Shown here in pieces: positions 1 to 8,530 of a stretch of DNA of 64,000 bases (position 1 is the stretch's first letter; the number at the start of each line of letters is the position of its first letter). The notes beneath the pieces are model-generated. The model did no database searches and was not told where the DNA came from. It was given only the letters and a program-made list of their open reading frames with translations. The DNA lies in the NCBI GenBank assembly GCA_001793235.1, contig MGHM01000016.1, positions 746 through 64,745 of the forward strand, given 5' to 3'. A program made the position numbers and the translations under genes. This DNA is from Candidatus Woesebacteria bacterium RIFCSPLOWO2_01_FULL_44_24b (GTDB lineage: Bacteria; Patescibacteriota; Microgenomatia; UBA8517).

Positions 1-1080
1 TTTGCCGCAACTACATCGGAGCTTATCTTCGATAATTGGGGCTATTTAGTTGCTATTTTGCCTTTTTTTGCAATGCTTATTTTTTGGCTCAGGCAAGGGC
101 GAGATATTCGCTATGTGGGGGATAATGTTTATTTTACGCCGGACGATAAAGCCACAGAGACAACACCGGTTTTTAATAAACGGGAATTTCTGCCTATGGT
201 TTATAGCCCGATTGCAGGGCTTACCCCTTCGGAAGTTGGCACCTTGGTGGATGAGAAAGTGGACATTCATGATGTGGTGGCTGAGATTATGGAGCTTGGG
301 AGACTCGGGTTTTTGAAGATTGAGAAGCTCGATAAAAAATGGGCTAAAGATGATTATTTGATTAAGAAGCTTAAGGGAGACACGTCAAAGCTTCGCGAAT
401 ATCAAAAATATCTTTACGATTCGTTGTTTTCTTTTGGCGAGGTCAAGGATTTGGTTAAGCTGTCGGAACTGAAGAAAAAATTTTACACCAAGCTCGAGAA
501 GTTCCGCGATAAACTTTATGTTCATACTAAGGATGCGGGCTATTTTGGCGCAAGACCGGACCATATCCGGGCTCTTTGGCTCGTAGTCGTAGGGGTTGCC
601 GAGGGCTTGGCTTTCTTTTTACTCATTCAGTACTTTGAAAGTACCGGCACTTTCTGGCCGTTTGTGATTTTTGCGGCTAGCGCGATTCCTTCTTTTATCC
701 TGGCTTACCAAATGCCACGGCGCACTCCTAAAGGCTATGCGCTTTTCAGGCAAACCAAAGGTTTGGCATTTTATCTAAGTAAGGGCAAGTGGCGCGAAGA
801 AATCAAAGAAAAGCATTTGTTTTTGGATGAGATTTTGCCGCTTGCGATTTCTTTGGGCGTGGTTCGGGAGTTGGCGCGGGATATGCAAGAGTTGGGAGTT
901 AAACCACCTTCTTATTTTGATGCTCATGGTGCGGTTTGGGCGGCATCAATTGGGAATTTCAGCTCAAGCGCATCTTCCAGTTTTGGTGCAGGCACTTCGG
1001 GAAGTTCATGGTCCGGCGGTTCGGGATTTTCAGGCGGCGGCGGCGGGGGCTTCGGCGGCGGCGGCGGTGGAAGCTGGTGA
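1..1080 (+). CDS. DUF2207-family membrane protein, 5'-truncated by window edge
   Basis: Frame is open from base 1. TM segments and the family-typical Gly/Ser tail SGGSGFSGGGGGGFGGGGGGSW are present. Confidence 0.85.
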   Translation, partial: FAATTSELIFDNWGYLVAILPFFAMLIFWLRQGRDIRYVGDNVYFTPDDKATETTPVFNKREFLPMVYSPIAGLTPSEVGTLVDEKVDIHDVVAEIMELGRLGFLKIEKLDKKWAKDDYLIKKLKGDTSKLREYQKYLYDSLFSFGEVKDLVKLSELKKKFYTKLEKFRDKLYVHTKDAGYFGARPDHIRALWLVVVGVAEGLAFFLLIQYFESTGTFWPFVIFAASAIPSFILAYQMPRRTPKGYALFRQTKGLAFYLSKGKWREEIKEKHLFLDEILPLAISLGVVRELARDMQELGVKPPSYFDAHGAVWAASIGNFSSSASSSFGAGTSGSSWSGGSGFSGGGGGGFGGGGGGSW

Positions 1081-1092
1081 TATAATATACAT

Positions 1093-1389
1093 ATGAGAAT
1101 CAAAGGACTTTATCAGGCTCTGGGAGTTACCGCATATATCTCGTTGATTGGTTTTTTTATGATCAATGGAGAAAAAATATTTGGGAATGCCCCAAATTAT
1201 ATTGGCCCGGTAGTGGGACTTCTTCTTTTCAGCGTCTCGGTACTAATTTGCGGACTGATTGTTTTTTATCAGCCTTATAACTTATTTTTTATTGCGAACA
1301 AGAAAAAGGAAGCAATTGACTTGGTAGTTCAGACCACAGCCTGGCTCTTTGGGTTTTTCATAGTCGCCCTTCTTTTGGCTGCATTATGA
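1093..1389 (+). CDS. Small membrane protein (3 TM)
   Basis: Hydrophobic 98-aa ORF; its stop overlaps the next start (ATGA). Confidence 0.7.
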   Translation: MRIKGLYQALGVTAYISLIGFFMINGEKIFGNAPNYIGPVVGLLLFSVSVLICGLIVFYQPYNLFFIANKKKEAIDLVVQTTAWLFGFFIVALLLAAL

Positions 1390-1850
1390 AAGTGAAAGTA
1401 AGGCGAGCTAATGAGAGTGAGCTACATATAATTCAAGAATTAAATCATGAGCTTTTTGAATCTGATGGCAAGCGCGATAAATATTTAAACCACAACTGGC
1501 CATATGAAGATGGAGAAAAATACTTTGTTAAAAGAATTTCCAAACCGGATTGCATTTGCTTGGTTGCGGAAGTAGATAATCAAGTTGTCGGCTATTTGGC
1601 CGGAGCCCTTATGGAAACAGATAACTGGCGACCAGTGAAACGAACTGAGCTTGAGAACATGTTTGTGAAGGAAAAATTTAGAGGTAAAGGAGTGGGAAAG
1701 AAATTGGTTGAGGAGTTTTTGAAATGGAGTGAAGGCAAGAAAGTAAAAAAGGTTATGGTTTCGGCTTATACCACGAACGAAAAAGCGATAAAGTTTTATA
1801 AACGCGAAGGGTTAATACCTCAGTCTTTGAGTTTGGAAATAGAATTTTAA
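1386..1850 (+). CDS. GNAT-family N-acetyltransferase
   Basis: Acetyl-CoA motif FVKEKFRGKGVGKKL and N..AIKFYKREG. Confidence 0.9.
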   Translation: MKVKVRRANESELHIIQELNHELFESDGKRDKYLNHNWPYEDGEKYFVKRISKPDCICLVAEVDNQVVGYLAGALMETDNWRPVKRTELENMFVKEKFRGKGVGKKLVEEFLKWSEGKKVKKVMVSAYTTNEKAIKFYKREGLIPQSLSLEIEF

Positions 1851-1870
1851 TTTCTGCTAAAATATTACAA

Positions 1871-2517
1871 ATGCCCTCTTTGAAAACTTATGCCTTTATT
1901 GATGCCTCTAACTTGTTTTATGGCGGGCAGAAAAGTTTGGGGTGGAGTATTGATTACCAAAAATTAGCTAAATATTTGAAGCGAAAATATCAAGTTTCAA
2001 AAATATTTTATTTTGGAGGTATTGATTTATACGGGTATAAATATGATTATTTGAAGAACCATAGTATCCACTTGATGATGTGGTTAGTCATATTAATAGA
2101 TATTTGAGCGAGAGGAAGCTCAAAAGATCCGAGAGTGAAGTTTTAAAGAAGTATTTGGCGAGAATTAGTTTTTATAAAAAGATTGAAAGTTTTGGCTACG
2201 AACTTTTTCTCAAGCCAGTAAAGATTTACAGACAACACGGTTCGGTTCAAAAGAAAGCTAATTGTGACGTAGAAATGGCGTTCTACTTAATGAGGGAAAT
2301 TAGAGAATACAAGAATGTGGTCGTGCTTTCTGGAGATGGTGATTTCTTGCCTGTTTTGAAGTACCTTCGTGAAAAAAACAAGAAAGTAATAATTTTAGCT
2401 CGTGGCCCAAGGACTGCGAGGGAAATAAGGCTTTTCGCGGGAGCAGATTTTCGTGACTTTGAATATCTTAAATATCAAATCGGGATGGGGACAAAAAAAA
2501 GAAGCGGACTCATATAG
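1871..2517 (+). pseudogene. NYN-domain (LabA/DUF88, PIN-like) ribonuclease split by a 1-nt frameshift near 2066-2071
   Basis: YAFIDASNLFY is in ORF 1871-2107; KANCDVE and LSGDGDF are in ORF 2080-2517. One extra base at ATCCACTT joins them (..HSIPLDDVVSH..). Confidence 0.8.
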
Positions 2518-2527
2518 AATCCGCTTC
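2493..2527 (-). terminator. Intrinsic terminator (minus strand)
   Basis: GAAGCGGATTC-TATAT-GAGTCCGCTTC 11-bp stem followed by T8. Confidence 0.8.
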
Positions 2528-2542
2528 ATGTTTAGTAGCCCT

Positions 2543-2571
2543 ATTTTAACAGGCGTTTGTTAAAAAATCAA
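2543..2571 (-). promoter_or_regulatory. Sigma70-like promoter, antisense to the NYN 3' end
   Basis: TTGATT (2571-2566), 17 nt, TAAAAT (2548-2543) with extended TGn. Confidence 0.55.
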
Positions 2572-2608
2572 TAGGGTGTAAAAGGCGGTAAGCCTGATAC
2601 CTTGAGTA

Positions 2609-3073
2609 TTATTCAGGATACAAATTTACGATTATCTCTTGAAAGTCTTCAAGCGTTTGCGTCTTAAGTTCGTATCTAAACTCAATATGCTGGAATCCAA
2701 GGATCTCGATAAACGGTTGTTCCCGAGGCTCAATAATGTTAATTGATGGTCGATCTGCTTCTTTCACTGGCTGGACTTTTCGATTTAGGGTATATTTTAT
2801 TTTATCTTCCGGAGTTTGGTCGTACTGACTCATTTCAGGATAAAACTTTATTTTGTAAATCTCTTTTAATTCCTCCCATGCCGGTTTGCTAAAAAATGCC
2901 CGGTAGCCCCAGAAAATAAACCGCGGTCCATCCTTAAAATACCAACCGGTTATGAGAACGTTTGGCTCGTCGCGCTGAAGGCGCTTAACATCTTCCTTTG
3001 TTATTTGTTGGCCGTGGTTAACTCCAAAGTTTACCCCGTGCAGTTGTAAGTTATGCTCGGCTGTCATGCGCAA
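2609..3073 (-). CDS. Hypothetical protein
   Basis: 154-aa ORF with TATAAT just upstream; no recognised motif. Confidence 0.6.
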   Translation of the reverse strand: MRMTAEHNLQLHGVNFGVNHGQQITKEDVKRLQRDEPNVLITGWYFKDGPRFIFWGYRAFFSKPAWEELKEIYKIKFYPEMSQYDQTPEDKIKYTLNRKVQPVKEADRPSINIIEPREQPFIEILGFQHIEFRYELKTQTLEDFQEIIVNLYPE

Positions 3074-3155
3074 GAATTATAGCAGAGTTGTTGCGGAAGT
3101 TAAGAGAGGCCAATGGCACATTTGTTACTATAGGGTGAAATTGGTATAATACCTG

Positions 3156-3854
3156 ATGTCTGAGAGCGAACCAAAACGGGTGTTTGGGAAAATTGTCCGC
3201 GGTGTTTCAGTGGGTGCAATGGCTGCCTCTTTAGCTTTCGGGCAAGGAGAAGTTTTACGTGCCCAGGATAACCGCCTTTCTGAAGACCAAATTAACACGC
3301 TCGCAAGATATGGGAAGATTAGAATATTTAATGGACCAAATTCTGAAGGCTATTCTGTGGTAGGGTATGGAGGCTTTATTTGGGACGACTCTAATGGAAC
3401 CTATAAATTCTGCTCTATAAGCCATATAACGAGATTTGATGGCCCAATGCAGGGCATGTTTGAAGATAGCGGGGTTGGGAGAGACCCGGCAACTTGTCAT
3501 GTAACTCACCCGACCGAGCTGGGCCGTGAGAATGCTGCTGGCGCGCCGATCATGTCCACGGAAGGTGTTCAGGAAGGTGAAACCATGTTCATAACTGACC
3601 GTGAAGGTGGAGTGGGGTACTTCACCGTTTCAGAGGCGACTGAAAATATGGCCAAGCTTGAAGCGTTAAACCCGGGAAGCGATGGCCTTCCGGAAAATGG
3701 AGACTCAGGTACATTAGTATATAAGCAAAATGCATCGGGGGATATTCTGGCGGTTGGTGCATATAGTGGCCGGGATATTCTTCCCAATCAGGAAGACCCG
3801 GACCATCCATTAGTGTTTTACAATGTAGCCCTATTTAGTGAGAGTGAAAGTTAA
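3156..3854 (+). CDS. Exported protein, possible trypsin-like serine protease
   Basis: N-terminal hydrophobic segment, CSISH and NGDSGT motifs. Confidence 0.5.
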   Translation: MSESEPKRVFGKIVRGVSVGAMAASLAFGQGEVLRAQDNRLSEDQINTLARYGKIRIFNGPNSEGYSVVGYGGFIWDDSNGTYKFCSISHITRFDGPMQGMFEDSGVGRDPATCHVTHPTELGRENAAGAPIMSTEGVQEGETMFITDREGGVGYFTVSEATENMAKLEALNPGSDGLPENGDSGTLVYKQNASGDILAVGAYSGRDILPNQEDPDHPLVFYNVALFSESES

Positions 3855-4240
3855 GGCTTCAGTACTTCGGGAATTTTTTGCCCCTTGGGAATAAATTTTA
3901 TAGATAAAGAGTTTACACAATGGCGAGTGTCTTTTTCAGTCATCTTTTCGCCTTCAAAAACATGGCCTAAATGTGCTCCACAGTTGGCACACTGAATTTC
4001 AGTCCTTTGGCCATCCACATCAGGAAGCCATTTAACGGCGCCCTTAAAGTGCGCATCAAAAGCCGGCCAGCCACAAGCCGCGTCAAATTTTGCCTTACTT
4101 TCAAACAGGGGATTGTTACACCGGCGGCAAATATAAATTCCTTCTTTGTAAAAATCATCATACTCACCGGTATACGGGCGCTCGGTGCCTTTGTTCTCAA
4201 TGACGTGTTTTTCCTCGGAAGTTAGCTTGTTGAAGGCCAT
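3851..4240 (-). CDS. msrB: Peptide-methionine (R)-S-oxide reductase
   Basis: GTERPYTG, CRRC, GWPAF, CANCGAHLGHVF, RHCVNS. Confidence 0.95.
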   Translation of the reverse strand: MAFNKLTSEEKHVIENKGTERPYTGEYDDFYKEGIYICRRCNNPLFESKAKFDAACGWPAFDAHFKGAVKWLPDVDGQRTEIQCANCGAHLGHVFEGEKMTEKDTRHCVNSLSIKFIPKGQKIPEVLKP

Positions 4241-4264
4241 GGATTATTGTACTACAATACAGAC

Positions 4265-4471
4265 ATGAAAAAGCTTTACAGAAGCAAAAGCGATAAAAAA
4301 CTAACAGGCCTTTTGGGCGGAGTCGGGGAGTATATGAAAGTGGACCCGACGGTCTTGAGGCTTTTGTTTTTAGTTCTGGCCGTCTTCACCGGCTTTTTCC
4401 CGGGAGTGTTTTTCTACATCCTTGGAGCCCTGGTCGTCCCCGAAGAACCAAAGAGTGCCAAGAAGTCTTAA
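4265..4471 (+). CDS. pspC: PspC-domain protein
   Basis: MKKLYRSKSDKKLTGLLGGVGEY..VDPTVLR. Confidence 0.9.
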   Translation: MKKLYRSKSDKKLTGLLGGVGEYMKVDPTVLRLLFLVLAVFTGFFPGVFFYILGALVVPEEPKSAKKS

Positions 4472-4478
4472 CATAGAG

Positions 4479-4748
4479 ATGAGACTCGAAAATGAAGCAG
4501 ATATTGCCTTTTCCCAAGTGTTTTCGGGATTATGGCGAGCCGCGACCGGCGAGCAAGCAAGATCTTGCGTTGACAGCAGGTTTTACGAGACATATATGAA
4601 GGGTCTAAAGGCCGATACTGATGAGCAAATACGCAAGGGAAAGATAAACTCAGCAAGTCTGGAACTAAGAAATCAAATTTATATGGGTTTGCGTGAATTC
4701 CCCAATTTCCCACATGAGCCGTCCCCAGAGGTGGTTAAAAAAAATTAG
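4479..4748 (+). CDS. Hypothetical protein
   Basis: ORF directly after pspC; no motif. Confidence 0.5.
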   Translation: MRLENEADIAFSQVFSGLWRAATGEQARSCVDSRFYETYMKGLKADTDEQIRKGKINSASLELRNQIYMGLREFPNFPHEPSPEVVKKN

Positions 4749-4809
4749 AGTAGATTTTATTCAAAAGTGAAGATTGAAACAATTTCTTTCAGGAGTAATT
4801 TCTTGTCTA

Positions 4810-4838
4810 TTGACAGGTAACTTCTGATGTTTTATTCT
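4810..4838 (+). promoter_or_regulatory. Sigma70 promoter of the riboswitch/metK unit
   Basis: TTGACA, 17 nt, TATTCT. Confidence 0.65.
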
Positions 4839-4854
4839 GTCTTTACAGTTTATA

Positions 4855-4971
4855 AATCAAGAGAGACGGGTACAGAACTCGCTGGTTGATCCGTCCGGCA
4901 ACCCCGCGCTTATTTGCGGAAGTAGTCAAAAGTGACGAAGGGTGCCAAAACGAGCCCAAAAGGGGATGATT
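4855..4971 (+). ncRNA. SAM-I family (S-box) riboswitch aptamer
   Basis: ATCAAGAG..GGCAACC..GGTGCC core; P1 AATCA/TGATT; P2 GACGG/CCGTC; pseudoknot CTCG(4878-81)/CGAG(4951-54); P4 CCC-AAAA-GGG; located upstream of metK. Confidence 0.85.
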
Positions 4972-4988
4972 GGCCACAAATTAGTATG

Positions 4989-5013
4989 CTCTCCTTTTTA
5001 GGAGAGTTTTTTT
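4989..5013 (+). terminator. Terminator, riboswitch expression platform
   Basis: CTCTCC-TTTTTA-GGAGAG followed by T7. Confidence 0.75.
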
Positions 5014-5042
5014 GTGACCATGGTATCCGGAGTGAGATAACC

Positions 5043-5240
5043 ATGAGTCGGAACTTTTTCGATGCAGGGCATAACTGCCCGAAAACGGGGTATTTTGTAG
5101 AATTTCGGATTTGGATAGGAAATCCGATAGTCTGTCCTAAGTGCGGGAACGCTTTGGAGGTTGTGCCTTTAAGGTATGAAGGCGAGCAAACAGTTGAGCG
5201 CGACCAAAAAGTTATTAACTTAGGCAAAGAAAGAAAATAG
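5043..5240 (+). CDS. Small Zn-ribbon protein (LysW-like pattern)
   Basis: CPKTG..IGNPIVCPKCGNALEVV; GGAG upstream of ATG 5043; stop is 2 nt before metK. Confidence 0.6.
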   Translation: MSRNFFDAGHNCPKTGYFVEFRIWIGNPIVCPKCGNALEVVPLRYEGEQTVERDQKVINLGKERK

Positions 5241-5242
5241 AA

Positions 5243-6349
5243 ATGAAGACGTATTTTACATCTGAATCAGTAGCCGCCGGGCACCCGGATAAGCTTTGCG
5301 ACCAGATTTCTGACAGCATAGTCGATGCGGCACTTGCGGCTTATGCTGGCTCAAGGGTGGCTGTGGAAACCCTGGTTACCGAAAATAGAATTGTTTTGGC
5401 AGGGGAGGTAAGCTGCCCCAAAAGTCTTCCTTATGCCAAAATAGCTCGCCAAAAGATAAAAGCGTTAGGATACACCGGCGAGCTTTATAATTTTTCCTAT
5501 AAATCCCCCGTCTCCGTATATATCCACCAGCAATCTCCTGATATCGCCGTCGGAGTTGATAACGGCGGCGCGGGGGACCAGGGGATGATGTTTGGCTATG
5601 CATCCAACGAAACCCCGGAGTTAATGCCGCTTCCTATCGCTTTGGCTCATAAGCTGGTTGCAAAAATGGACGAAGTACGAGACAAAAAGATCTTACCTTT
5701 TTTGCGCCCTGATGGCAAAAGCGAGGTGAAAGTGAGATATAAAAACGGCAAACCGGAAAGCGTGGAAATGATTATTCTGGCTGTTCCTCATGACCCCAAA
5801 GTCAGCCCCAAAGAAGTCAAAGCCAAACTTATTGCCAAAGTTATTAAACCGGTACTGGCCGGCTACAAGCTGCATATTCCCGAAGCCAAAAATATTGTTA
5901 TTAACGGCACCGGCAAATGGGAGATTGGCGGGCCGGCAAGTGACACTGGAGTGACCGGCAGGAAAATTATTGTTGATACATATGGCGGGATGGCGCGCCA
6001 CGGAGGTGGCTGCTTTTCCGGTAAAGATCCGTCCAAAGTTGACCGAAGTGGCGCTTATGCGTGCCGATTTTTAGCCAAGAATATTGTCGCGGCCAAGCTG
6101 GCCGAGCGCTGTGAGATGCGAATTGCCTATGTGATTGGCAAAAGAGAACCAGTGGATATCGGTATTGAGTGTTTTGGCACCCAGAAAAAATCGCTACCTT
6201 TTATCCGTAATTTTGCGAAGACATTATTAGACTTGTCTGTAGCCGGTATTATAGATGGTCTCAAACTTAGGCAACCAATCTATGCCAGGACTGCGGTGTA
6301 CGGGCATTTTGGTAGAGAAGAATTTCCCTGGGAAAAGGTGGTTGTATAA
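5243..6349 (+). CDS. metK: S-adenosylmethionine synthetase
   Basis: FTSESV..GHPDKLCDQISD, GAGDQG, GRKIIVDTYGG, GKDPSKVDRSGAY. Confidence 0.98.
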   Translation: MKTYFTSESVAAGHPDKLCDQISDSIVDAALAAYAGSRVAVETLVTENRIVLAGEVSCPKSLPYAKIARQKIKALGYTGELYNFSYKSPVSVYIHQQSPDIAVGVDNGGAGDQGMMFGYASNETPELMPLPIALAHKLVAKMDEVRDKKILPFLRPDGKSEVKVRYKNGKPESVEMIILAVPHDPKVSPKEVKAKLIAKVIKPVLAGYKLHIPEAKNIVINGTGKWEIGGPASDTGVTGRKIIVDTYGGMARHGGGCFSGKDPSKVDRSGAYACRFLAKNIVAAKLAERCEMRIAYVIGKREPVDIGIECFGTQKKSLPFIRNFAKTLLDLSVAGIIDGLKLRQPIYARTAVYGHFGREEFPWEKVVV

Positions 6350-6366
6350 TTTATTGAGCAAAACTA

Positions 6367-6627
6367 ATGCCAAAGGTAAAAATAATTGATGTCTATTGCA
6401 AAAACGGCCATCTTCTGTTTGGCAGATACATTAAAGAAAAGCCGGGATTCCTCATGAAGTGCTATATAGACATGATTGGCAAGGACAAGGTGGGAGTCGC
6501 GGGACTCCCAAATGAAACAGATGTTTTCTGCCCTGAATGCAAAATAAGAATCGGCCGCATAGGCATAGTCCACGGCAGGCCTTCAGTGATTATTAATCAT
6601 GGGGGAGTGAAGAGGGTGAGGACATAA
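6367..6627 (+). CDS. Small Cys/His-rich hypothetical protein
   Basis: CKNGH...CPEC pattern. Confidence 0.7.
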   Translation: MPKVKIIDVYCKNGHLLFGRYIKEKPGFLMKCYIDMIGKDKVGVAGLPNETDVFCPECKIRIGRIGIVHGRPSVIINHGGVKRVRT

Positions 6628-6646
6628 TATGCTAACATGATTTATT

Positions 6647-6823
6647 GTGGAAATAAGTCTATCGCCAATATTTGCAAAGTTACTTCTCAGAATTAACCCT
6701 TTTGTACGCTTCAGAGTCATGTGTCAGGGCTACAGCGAGGATTATGAAAATTTTACAGAACTTGTTTGGGAAGACGATAAAAACTTAGATTTTTCTGCCA
6801 CCACATTGATTTGTTCCTTCTGA
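6647..6823 (+). CDS. Small hypothetical protein (58 aa, absent from the ORF track)
   Basis: GTG-start ORF MEISLSPIFAKLLLRINPFVRFRVMCQGYSEDYENFTELVWEDDKNLDFSATTLICSF fills the intergenic gap. Confidence 0.5.
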   Translation: MEISLSPIFAKLLLRINPFVRFRVMCQGYSEDYENFTELVWEDDKNLDFSATTLICSF

Positions 6824-6875
6824 TCTCTCTTAATTCCTTTTGACTTGTCTTAACCTTTTATGATATAAAGTCGCT

Positions 6876-7337
6876 ATGTCTGAATGGCTTACAGAAGAAG
6901 GAGGTCAGGGAGTACCAAGTGAACAACCAGAGTTGGTAATCAGCCAATTTGATAAAGATAAAGCCCTTGAAATCTTAAAGAAAGGTGGAGAAGAAGCACA
7001 AAGGGAGCTTCGTAGCTGGAAGTACGACGATTTATCAGATGATGACCACATTGAGGCGATGGCGGAGTTACTACGATTTGAGTTGGCTGAGATAAGGGGC
7101 GAGGCTATAGATGATATTAGGCCGTATGATTTGCAATCATATAAGCAGACGATGTGGGTTAATCCTGTTCATCAGGCTCTATGGGAGGCAACACGTAATC
7201 GGCTTTATCCAGAGGACGATAGGATGAGTTTCCGTGTAAGGTTTGCGGAATGGACTAACTGGTTCCTCCGTGAGGGACACAAAATTTATTCTTATCCCGA
7301 GTTCGAGGAAAGGACGAAGGAGTTTGGGCTTCTTTAG
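6876..7337 (+). CDS. Hypothetical acidic protein
   Basis: 153-aa ORF with a -10-like element just upstream. Confidence 0.65.
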   Translation: MSEWLTEEGGQGVPSEQPELVISQFDKDKALEILKKGGEEAQRELRSWKYDDLSDDDHIEAMAELLRFELAEIRGEAIDDIRPYDLQSYKQTMWVNPVHQALWEATRNRLYPEDDRMSFRVRFAEWTNWFLREGHKIYSYPEFEERTKEFGLL

Positions 7338-7400
7338 TAAAGCATATTAAAATCTCAATTCTCCTGGAATGATTGGGCTTTTTGAGGTAGAATATGATTA

Positions 7401-8525
7401 ATGTTCACAAAAAGGAAAGTATTTTTAGTAGTTGCCGGAGGCGGTCAAGCCGCTGAGCAACACTTTGAAGATACCATAAGAAGAAAGCGTACCCTCGGCG
7501 AAGTTAGAAACTATTTGCCCTCAGAAGAGATCAAAAAATTAGAAGACATTTATCATAGCGCGGAATTTATTGTCTGGGGAGCAGTTCCTGGACCCCAGAA
7601 TGAGGGTAGATGGGAAAAAATGGATGCTGGGGACATAGTTCTTATTTACAACAAAGGGTATATTAAGTTCATAGGCGAGGTGGCTGCTAAGGTTAGGAAT
7701 CAGGAACTTTCAAGATATTTTTGGCGAGAAAATGAAACAGGAAGCACCTGGGAGCTGATGTATTTTATTGTCAACGAAGAAGAAGTGAATGTGCCAATCG
7801 AGAAATTAAATCCATTCTTGGGCTATCAACTTCATTTTAGACCTCAAGGTTTTCTGATGGTTAATCAGAAAGCTGTTGACAATTTCTCTCGTAGTTATGG
7901 TGATGTTTTAGGAGTACTTAAAACTTTAGAGAAAGGCGAAGAACTGATGCGTGTTCCTTCCAGAGCCGAGCTTTTTAGTTCGGAAATCGACGAACAGCTT
8001 GAAAAAAGACCAACTGAACATGATGAAATACAATGGAGGCTCATAAGGCTAGGGCAATTGGCAAAATGTGACATTTGGATTCCCAGGAATGATCAATCAA
8101 AACAATTTGAGGGAATTAGATTCCGAGATCATGTTTTGTCTCAGATTCACGAAACTTTGGATGTGCCGCCATCGATAAAAAACATAGACGTAGTATGGAA
8201 GTTCGGACCATATTCTATCAAGTCAGCTTTCGAAATTGAAAATAGTACATCGGTTTATTCCGGTATATTGAGGCTTTCGGACCTGCGTGCCGAAAATCCC
8301 AATTCTAACTACCCGCTTTTTATTATTGCTGCCGAGGAAAGAAGGAGAAAAGTTTTTAATGAATTGAAGCGGCCAACTTTTTCAGGTGCTTGCTTGAGGC
8401 TTAATGAGGTTATCAACTTTATTGGATATAAAAAAATCAGAGATATAGACGAGTCATATAAAAACTCCAAGGATTTCGACCCGCAAGTTCTTTTTGCGGC
8501 GGGAGAAAGACCTGAAAACCAGTGA
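7401..8525 (+). CDS. PUA/EVE-like domain fused to a PD-(D/E)XK-type nuclease, putative modification-dependent restriction enzyme
   Basis: N-terminal WG..W.KM..GDIVLIY; C-terminal H..IQ..L, IDVVW, AFEIENSTSVYSGILRLSDL. Confidence 0.65.
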   Translation: MFTKRKVFLVVAGGGQAAEQHFEDTIRRKRTLGEVRNYLPSEEIKKLEDIYHSAEFIVWGAVPGPQNEGRWEKMDAGDIVLIYNKGYIKFIGEVAAKVRNQELSRYFWRENETGSTWELMYFIVNEEEVNVPIEKLNPFLGYQLHFRPQGFLMVNQKAVDNFSRSYGDVLGVLKTLEKGEELMRVPSRAELFSSEIDEQLEKRPTEHDEIQWRLIRLGQLAKCDIWIPRNDQSKQFEGIRFRDHVLSQIHETLDVPPSIKNIDVVWKFGPYSIKSAFEIENSTSVYSGILRLSDLRAENPNSNYPLFIIAAEERRRKVFNELKRPTFSGACLRLNEVINFIGYKKIRDIDESYKNSKDFDPQVLFAAGERPENQ

Positions 8526-8530
8526 CCCAG

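Noticed and set aside
4932-5042. Upstream extension of the Zn-ribbon ORF given in the ORF track
   Set aside because: It overlaps the riboswitch aptamer and terminator; ATG 5043 is the more plausible start.
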